A stretch of DNA of 64,000 nucleotides from an uncultured Akkermansia sp. (GTDB taxonomy: Bacteria > Verrucomicrobiota > Verrucomicrobiia > Verrucomicrobiales > DEV007): contig CAZDPC010000001.1 in NCBI GenBank assembly GCA_964507205.1, positions 5,110-69,109 on the forward strand, written 5' to 3'. Below the pieces are notes generated by a model that saw nothing but the letters and a program-made list of their open reading frames with translations, ran no database searches and was not told where the DNA came from. The position numbers were made by a program, and so were the translations under genes. Each line of letters begins with the position of its first letter. Positions within the stretch are counted from its first letter, which is position 1. Shown here piece after piece: positions 57,619-64,000 of the stretch.

Positions 57619-58518
57619 TCACTCCCCCGGCCTGCGTGCCGACTCGATCGTCACAGCCATTCCGGTCGACCGATTGCCGTGTCCGTCGAACTTGCCTGAA
57701 ATCGGCATGACACCCCGCGGGTGATGGCTCACCGCCACTGCGACGTGGCCGAGACCGACCGGTTTCCCAATGGACGGATCGAATCCGACCCAGCCCCTGT
57801 CCGGCAGATAAACTTCCATCCAGGCATGAGTCGATCCCTTGCCGACTTTGGAGTTCGTGCTTTCCAGGTACCCGCTCACGAAACGCGTGGCATACCCGAT
57901 GCAGCGTCCCGCCTCCATCATGAGAACGGCGGAGTCGCGACACGATCCTGTCCCCTTCTTCAGCGTTTTCTTCGGCGACTGAACACCGGACTCTTCGCGG
58001 CGTTTGTATCCGATCTGCTCCTTGATCTTCGCGGCCAGGGAAAGAAAAATCGGTCCCCTTCCCCCCGCCGACGGCAGCACACCGAGAGAGCGAACCCAGG
58101 CACGGATCGTTTCGACTTCGGGCGGATACACCGATCGCCGATACAAATGGGACGCCCCTTCCTCGATTCCCGGATAGTAGACAGGATACTCCTCCCCACT
58201 CAGCACTTCCTCGTCCACGGTTGGCTCTGCAAGCAGGTACTTGCAAATCTCGAACTCGCTCCGAATTGTCAAAGTATCGGATTTTTCGAGAAAATCGGCG
58301 TTCGCGATGATATTCCCGTAGATATCCTGATACCAGTGCAGGCGTGCGCCGGGCGTCGTGGTGATTTCCATGTGTTCGACCCGTTCGTAGTGACTCTCGC
58401 GGGGGCGCATCACGAGACGATGCCGACCGAACGTTACCGGCCCACTGTAGCGGTACTTTGTCGTATGCACGAAACGAAGACGGACGGTTGCTTCACCGTC
58501 GACATTGACGATTTCCAT
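57619..58518 (-). CDS. Transglutaminase-like protein with N-terminal domain
   Basis: HTTKYRY, DIYGN, GSCRD (Cys), THAW (His), GFDP (Asp). Confidence 0.9.
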   Translation of the reverse strand: MEIVNVDGEATVRLRFVHTTKYRYSGPVTFGRHRLVMRPRESHYERVEHMEITTTPGARLHWYQDIYGNIIANADFLEKSDTLTIRSEFEICKYLLAEPTVDEEVLSGEEYPVYYPGIEEGASHLYRRSVYPPEVETIRAWVRSLGVLPSAGGRGPIFLSLAAKIKEQIGYKRREESGVQSPKKTLKKGTGSCRDSAVLMMEAGRCIGYATRFVSGYLESTNSKVGKGSTHAWMEVYLPDRGWVGFDPSIGKPVGLGHVAVAVSHHPRGVMPISGKFDGHGNRSTGMAVTIESARRPGE

Positions 58519-58552
58519 AATAGGCAGCTCTCCGTAGGTTACGTTCCCGGGA

Positions 58553-59413
58553 CTACGAAAGGAAAAACGCTTTCTTTTCGGACTGGAGCGTCTCCCGAGT
58601 CACCGGCTCAAAAACTTCGTCGCAGTCCTCTGCGATCTGCACGTCGACCGCTATCCCTTGTCCCATCACCCCGCCAAACAATGTCGCCACTGCCGCATCA
58701 CTTGCATCGCGCCCGGTCCCGATCCGGACCATGCCGTTGAGCGGTGCCTTCTTCGTGCCGTCGACAAGATACCAGTTTCCGTCGATGTAGACTTCGAAGA
58801 CCGCATGAAAATCCTGCGGTTCGAGCTGATACGAATACACCGTGCAATATCTGGCCGGAATCGTCAGAGCCCTGCAAAACGCAATTCCAAGATGGGCAAA
58901 ATCACGGCATACCCCCGTCCGCTGCTCAAAGGTATCCAACGCCCAACTCTGCTCGCCCGACGAACCAGCCTGGTATTCGATATGCTTGAAAAGCCAGTTC
59001 TCGATTGCCATCGCAACGTCGTACTTTCCTTCGATATCCCCGAACAAGTCCATCGAGACTTTGCGCATCCGATCAGCAGGAGCATACCGACTGGGAAACA
59101 AATAAGGCAGTGCCACCGCATCAACCGATCGTATGCTTTCGTTTCCCAAGTCCCTGATCAAGACTGTGTCAGAGGAAGTTTCGACCCGCGCCGAATACTG
59201 GACATGGAGATCTCCGGGATCGTCGACCTCCAACTTCGTGAATTGGTTGCCATCCAGTCCGACGGACAGATCGGTTCGATGCGCGGGGCGACTGACCGTA
59301 AGCATTTCGTCCGAAACTTTCTGTCCCGCGGTTTTGCTGCAACTGAGCGAACACAAGAGCGTGGACGAATCCGAAACGCTGTAATACAAGGAACTGCAGA
59401 TAGAAAATTTCAT
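58553..59413 (-). CDS. Transglutaminase-like protein
   Basis: YLFPSRY, GVCRDFAH, DFHA, VDGT, GRDASD. Confidence 0.9.
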   Translation of the reverse strand: MKFSICSSLYYSVSDSSTLLCSLSCSKTAGQKVSDEMLTVSRPAHRTDLSVGLDGNQFTKLEVDDPGDLHVQYSARVETSSDTVLIRDLGNESIRSVDAVALPYLFPSRYAPADRMRKVSMDLFGDIEGKYDVAMAIENWLFKHIEYQAGSSGEQSWALDTFEQRTGVCRDFAHLGIAFCRALTIPARYCTVYSYQLEPQDFHAVFEVYIDGNWYLVDGTKKAPLNGMVRIGTGRDASDAAVATLFGGVMGQGIAVDVQIAEDCDEVFEPVTRETLQSEKKAFFLS

Positions 59414-59565
59414 AGGTGCGAGCGACTCCTAGCCGTTCCCGTGCCATTCCGGGAAGACACCTCCGTAAGCCGATAACCGTCTATATTCCACAAGCTTTCG
59501 GCATTTCGAAGACAGCGCAGACGCGCCGTTGTCCGCAAATCCGATTCGGAGCACCTTTTCGCACT

Positions 59566-62013
59566 GTGAATCGCATCGTCGCCATTGCTGCATGCCTTCT
59601 GGTGACTGGCACCTCGGTTTTTGCCACGCCCGCCAACCGCAAGGCGTTCGAGAAGTATTTCGGCCCGGTTTTGGTGGAGAATCTCAAGACATGCGCCGTC
59701 TGCCATGTGCGTGACGAGGCCCACGGAGCCGACTCACTCGAAGACTTTCCCCACAATGTCTTCGGGAAAAAACTCGCCGCTCTCGAAGGAAATATCACCG
59801 ACCGGTTCGACCAAATTTTCTCCTCCGGAGACACTCTCGACAAGATTCTCGTCGGAATACCTCCGACTCAGGAGGGTTCAGTCACCGATCTGACCCTCCT
59901 GAATCGGAGGAAAATGCAATTTGACGCCTTCCGGGAACGATATCCGTGGAAGCCGTTCGAGAAAGTAAAACGGCCCGCCGCCCCCGACATCGACTGGGGC
60001 CGAAACAAGATCGACCGCTTCGTCGCCGCGGAGCACCAACGTCTCGGTCTTTCGCCCCGCCCGGAAACTTCGCCCGAACTTTGGCTTCGCCGCGTCACCG
60101 TGGACTTGACCGGCCTCGTCCCGACCGTCGAGGAGATCCACGATTTTCAGAGGACCCCTGACTATGAAGCCAAGGTCGATGAACTCCTCGCCAGCCCGCG
60201 CTATGGTGAGCGGTGGGGACGACACTTCATGGACGTGTGGCGTTACGCCGATTGGACCGGATACAAAGGCGACGTCCGCGAAAGTGCGCGTCACATCTGG
60301 AACTGGCGCGATTGGATCGTCGAGTCGCTCAACGAGGACAAGGGCTACGACCAGATGATCCTCGAGATGTTCGCCGCCGACGAACTCTATCCTGGCGATG
60401 TCGAGAAACTCCGCGCCACCGGCTACCTCGCCCGCAATTTCCACCGCGAGCGAGATCAATCGATGGACTCCGTGGTCACCCACACGTCTCAGGCATTCCT
60501 CGGGATCACGATGGGTTGCTCGAAATGCCACGACCATATGTACGACCCTTTCCCCCAGACCGATTACTACTCGATGCGGGCGATCTTCGAACCCTACCGC
60601 GTCCGCACCGACCGGGTCCCCGGAGAACTCGACATCCTGAAGAACGGTCTCCCCCGCGCCTACGACATCACGCTGTCGGCAAAAACATACCTCTTCGACC
60701 GAGGCGACGAACGCTTCCCGGTGAAGGACAAACCGATCCCTCCCGGTATTCCCGCGGCTCTTGGCGGCGACTTTGTAGTCGAAGAAATCCCGCTACCCAA
60801 AACTGCCGCCGAACCCTGGCGTCGCGACTTCGTGAAGAAGGCGATGCTGGCTCAGCGCGATGCCGAATTGAAGGAGGCGAAAAAGGCTCTCGCGACACTG
60901 ACGGACGAATCCAAACGCGACGAATTCGAAGCGAAGGTTGCCGCGATGGAATCGAAGAAAGCCGCTCTCGTCGCTGAGTTCTCGGTCGAAGATCTCCGGG
61001 AGTCCGACGAATCGTGGAAAGCGAAAGCCGAAGCGACTTTCGACGCTCAGCGCAACGCGCAGGAAGCCGAAGCAAAATGGAAGACGCTCGCAGCCACGAG
61101 TGCGAAGGAAAAAGCCGCCGCGAAGAAATTGACCGAGGTGGCGGCGAAGAAGATGAAGGAGGAAGTTTCCACCAGATACACCCCCCGCGACACGGAATAT
61201 GTCGACACCTCCAGCGGCCGCCGGACTGCCTTCGCCCGCTGGCTCGCCAGCAAGGAGAACCCGCTCACCGCACGCGTCGCGGCGAACCACGTCTGGCTTC
61301 GCCACTTCGAGCACGGACTCGTCCCGACCGTGAACGACTTCGGTGCCAACGGACGCGAGCCGACCCACCCCGCCCTGCTCGACTGGCTCGCCGTCGAACT
61401 CATGGATGCGGATTGGAGCCTCAAGGCCCTGCACAAAACGATCGTCCTCAGCGCCACCTACCGGATGGAAAGCACCCCGACCCCGGAGAATCTGGCCCTC
61501 GATCCCGACAACAAGTTCCTCTGGCGCATGCCAACCCGCCGGATGGAGGGGGAGATCGTCCGCGACAACCTGCTCTGGGTCGCCGACCGACTCGACCCCA
61601 CCATGGGTGGTCCCGATATTCCCAACGACCAGGCCCAGACCTCGACCCGGCGCTCCATCTATCTGACCCACGCCCATGAACGCCTCGTCGAGTTCGTCCA
61701 GATTTTCGACGGCCCTAAAGTCAGCGAATGCTACTCGCGCGAAGAGAGCATCCAGCCTCACCAGGCCCTCGCGATGCACAACAGCCCTCTCACGAAGAAA
61801 GCGGCCGCAGATCTCGCGACCGATTTCAAGAACTCCGATCCCGACTCTTTCGTTGCCGAGAGTTTCCTGCGCTTGTTAGGGAGATCTCCGACCACCGACG
61901 AGAAGCAGCTCTGCCTTGAATTTCTCTCGGATACGGAAACCGAACCGGGCCGAGCCCGCGAACGACTCATGACCGTGCTCCTCAATCACCACGAATTCGT
62001 CACCGTCCGATGA
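59566..62013 (+). CDS. DUF1549/DUF1553 (PSCyt2/PSD1) protein with two CxxCH motifs
   Basis: CAVCH; IDRF, LRRVTVDLTG, SPRYGERWGRHFMD, CSKCHDH, NPLTARV, PTHPALLDWLA. GTG start reassigned. Confidence 0.88.
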   Translation: MNRIVAIAACLLVTGTSVFATPANRKAFEKYFGPVLVENLKTCAVCHVRDEAHGADSLEDFPHNVFGKKLAALEGNITDRFDQIFSSGDTLDKILVGIPPTQEGSVTDLTLLNRRKMQFDAFRERYPWKPFEKVKRPAAPDIDWGRNKIDRFVAAEHQRLGLSPRPETSPELWLRRVTVDLTGLVPTVEEIHDFQRTPDYEAKVDELLASPRYGERWGRHFMDVWRYADWTGYKGDVRESARHIWNWRDWIVESLNEDKGYDQMILEMFAADELYPGDVEKLRATGYLARNFHRERDQSMDSVVTHTSQAFLGITMGCSKCHDHMYDPFPQTDYYSMRAIFEPYRVRTDRVPGELDILKNGLPRAYDITLSAKTYLFDRGDERFPVKDKPIPPGIPAALGGDFVVEEIPLPKTAAEPWRRDFVKKAMLAQRDAELKEAKKALATLTDESKRDEFEAKVAAMESKKAALVAEFSVEDLRESDESWKAKAEATFDAQRNAQEAEAKWKTLAATSAKEKAAAKKLTEVAAKKMKEEVSTRYTPRDTEYVDTSSGRRTAFARWLASKENPLTARVAANHVWLRHFEHGLVPTVNDFGANGREPTHPALLDWLAVELMDADWSLKALHKTIVLSATYRMESTPTPENLALDPDNKFLWRMPTRRMEGEIVRDNLLWVADRLDPTMGGPDIPNDQAQTSTRRSIYLTHAHERLVEFVQIFDGPKVSECYSREESIQPHQALAMHNSPLTKKAAADLATDFKNSDPDSFVAESFLRLLGRSPTTDEKQLCLEFLSDTETEPGRARERLMTVLLNHHEFVTVR

Positions 62014-63482
62014 GCGATCCCTTTTCCAGATCCCGTCGTACTTTTCTCGGAGATACGGGCATGGGGGTGACCGGAATGGCGCTCTCGGCCATACTTTTTC
62101 GCGAAGGTCAGGCCGCCGAAAAGGTCCGATTCGGAGACGAACCGCAATTCGCGGCGAAAGCGAAGTCAGTCATCTGGATTTTCAACATCGGCGGCGTCTC
62201 GCACCTGGAGAGCTTCGATCCGAAGCCGATGCTCAACAAGTACGCGGGCCTGTCCATCGACGAGACGCCCTACGCCCACATCACCGACAAGGAAAAGATC
62301 GACGAGATTCTTCTCGATCCAAAAAAGGCCGACCGTGAGGTTTTCAAAACGATTCTGCCGCTTCAGACCGGCTACAAGAAATACGGTCGGAGCGGTATCG
62401 AAGTCAGCGACTGGTTTCCGCACATGGGCTCGGTCGCGGATGAGCTCTGCGTCGCCCGCGGCATGTGGACGATCGACAACAACCACGGTGCGCAGCTCAC
62501 CTACCATACCGGCCGCAAGATCACCGAAGGTGCCTACCCGACGATCGGTTCGTGGGTCAGTTACGGGCTCGGGACCTTGAACAAGAACCTGCCCGACTTC
62601 GTCGTTCTCGGAAATCCCAGCGCCGACTGCTGTGGTGCCGCCTGGACCCACGGAGCCAGCTATCTCGGACCGCAACACGCCGGCGTGCGCATGAAAGTCG
62701 ATCCAGACAATCCACTGAGCTTTGTCCGGCCCGCGGACGAAGATCTCACTCCGGAAGAGCAGCGCGAGAATTTCGGCCTTCTCGGAAAGCTCAACCGCCT
62801 CGCCGGAATCGAATATCCCGACGACGCCAAGCTCCAGGCCCGGATCAAGAGCTACGAACTCGCGTTCGAGATGCAGTCCGCCGTGCCCGAGGTGATGGAC
62901 CTCGAGAAAGAACATCCCGAAATTCGCAAGATGTACGGTCTCGACCAGAAGGAGACGAAACCCTTCGCCGAGAAATGTCTCGCCGCCCGCCGGCTTGTCG
63001 AGCGCGGGGTCCGCTTCGTCCAGATTTTCCACGGCTACACCGGCAACGCGGGCGGCTGGGACTCTCACCGCGAAATCAAGAAAAACCACACCGCCCGATC
63101 CAAGGAAGTGGACCAACCCGTCGGTGCACTCATCCGCGATCTCAAGCTACGCGGTCTGCTCGACGATACCCTCGTCGTCTGGGGCAGCGAATTCGGACGC
63201 ACCCCCGGTGCCGATATGCGCAACAACAAGGTCGGCGACGGCCGTGATCATCATCCCCACGGATTCAATGTCGTCATGGCCGGGGGTGGGATGAAGAGAG
63301 GATTCGTCTACGGAGCGACCGACGAACTCGGGTTCCACGCCGTCGAGAATCGTCACTACGTCACTGACCTCCACGCGACCGTTCTCCACCAGATGGGGCT
63401 CGATCCGCACACCATGGAGATTCCCGGCCGCAAACGTCTCGAGCGCGACTTCGGCGAGGTGATGCTCGGAGCGATCGCGTAG
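62010..63482 (+). CDS. DUF1501 domain protein (Tat-exported)
   Basis: SRRTFL twin-arginine signal; AKSVI..GGVSHLESFDPKP, ARRLVERGVRFV, WDSH, EFGRTP, GRDHHP; ATGA overlap. Confidence 0.9.
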   Translation: MSDPFSRSRRTFLGDTGMGVTGMALSAILFREGQAAEKVRFGDEPQFAAKAKSVIWIFNIGGVSHLESFDPKPMLNKYAGLSIDETPYAHITDKEKIDEILLDPKKADREVFKTILPLQTGYKKYGRSGIEVSDWFPHMGSVADELCVARGMWTIDNNHGAQLTYHTGRKITEGAYPTIGSWVSYGLGTLNKNLPDFVVLGNPSADCCGAAWTHGASYLGPQHAGVRMKVDPDNPLSFVRPADEDLTPEEQRENFGLLGKLNRLAGIEYPDDAKLQARIKSYELAFEMQSAVPEVMDLEKEHPEIRKMYGLDQKETKPFAEKCLAARRLVERGVRFVQIFHGYTGNAGGWDSHREIKKNHTARSKEVDQPVGALIRDLKLRGLLDDTLVVWGSEFGRTPGADMRNNKVGDGRDHHPHGFNVVMAGGGMKRGFVYGATDELGFHAVENRHYVTDLHATVLHQMGLDPHTMEIPGRKRLERDFGEVMLGAIA

Positions 63483-63486
63483 TCGT

Positions 63487-64000
63487 TCAGTCGAAAAACG
63501 GGAACAGCACCTTCAGTTTCTCCTTCGTCGGCTTCGATCCGTACTCGCACAGTTCGAAGGCCTCGGCGTGCTTCACCGATTCCCCCTTCTCCTTGCCATA
63601 CCATTCGATCAACGTTTCGCGATACTTGTCTGCGATTCGGCTATGGCGGCTCGACCAGGAATTCTTCAATCCATTGAGCCGACGTTCGGGATTGTCTCCG
63701 AAACGCTTCGTCCAAGTATCCTCGTCTCCCAAAGCGCCCCCATCGTAGACCTGCGATTCCAAGGCATCGATCGCGCTCACCTTTTCCTCGAAGACGTCAT
63801 CGATCGATACGGCCAAGGTCGGAGTGAAGGGATAGGGTTTCGTAAAATTGTCGGGAAAAAAGAAGAAAGCGGGATTCTTTTTCAGCGCCGGCGTGTCCGG
63901 GCAGAAATTCGGAACCATCACCATGAAGGCGGCGTCCTGAACCAGCAAGCCGACGTTCCGATGGTCCGGGTGATAGTCATAGGGGCGGTGGGAAAAAACC
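63487..64000 (-). CDS. PIG-L/LmbE family deacetylase, 5'-truncated by window
   Basis: Frame runs off the edge: VFSHRPYDYHPDHR (HPDH motif); C-terminal AEAF. Confidence 0.78.
   Translation of the reverse strand, partial: VFSHRPYDYHPDHRNVGLLVQDAAFMVMVPNFCPDTPALKKNPAFFFFPDNFTKPYPFTPTLAVSIDDVFEEKVSAIDALESQVYDGGALGDEDTWTKRFGDNPERRLNGLKNSWSSRHSRIADKYRETLIEWYGKEKGESVKHAEAFELCEYGSKPTKEKLKVLFPFFD

Noticed and set aside
1-64000. tRNA, rRNA, CRISPR, IS/integrase, prophage or defence systems
   Set aside because: No cloverleaf, repeat-spacer array, or transposase, integrase, phage or nuclease motifs found by eye, and composition looks uniform; a covariance-model scan would be needed to exclude small RNAs.

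Overview
Gene-dense, GC-rich (roughly 59% by eye) bacterial chromosome segment. Four PVC-type CxxCH heme proteins, a DUF1549/DUF1553-DUF1501 pair and six Cys-type sulfatases point to the PVC superphylum, most likely Verrucomicrobiota (inference). I see about 44 CDS, two truncated by the window edges, and no rRNA, tRNA, CRISPR array, transposase or prophage. The main theme is periplasmic processing of decorated glycans: six sulfatases (three fused to GH43, SGNH/CE12 or DUF1080 modules), three DUF1080 and two ThuA domains, a sorbosone-type dehydrogenase, four beta-propeller/HEAT/cytochrome c proteins and a P450 resembling the CYP236A sugar O-demethylases. Also present are a MacAB-like exporter, a BlaI/M56 pair with a tandem 16-bp palindromic operator, stress and envelope genes (PRC-barrel, multi-BON, P-type ATPase, dodecin, truncated globin, DksA-like, transglutaminases), and a recurring TAnnnT -10 box 5-7 nt before start codons that suggests leaderless mRNAs. 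All family calls come from reading motifs by eye; no searches were run.
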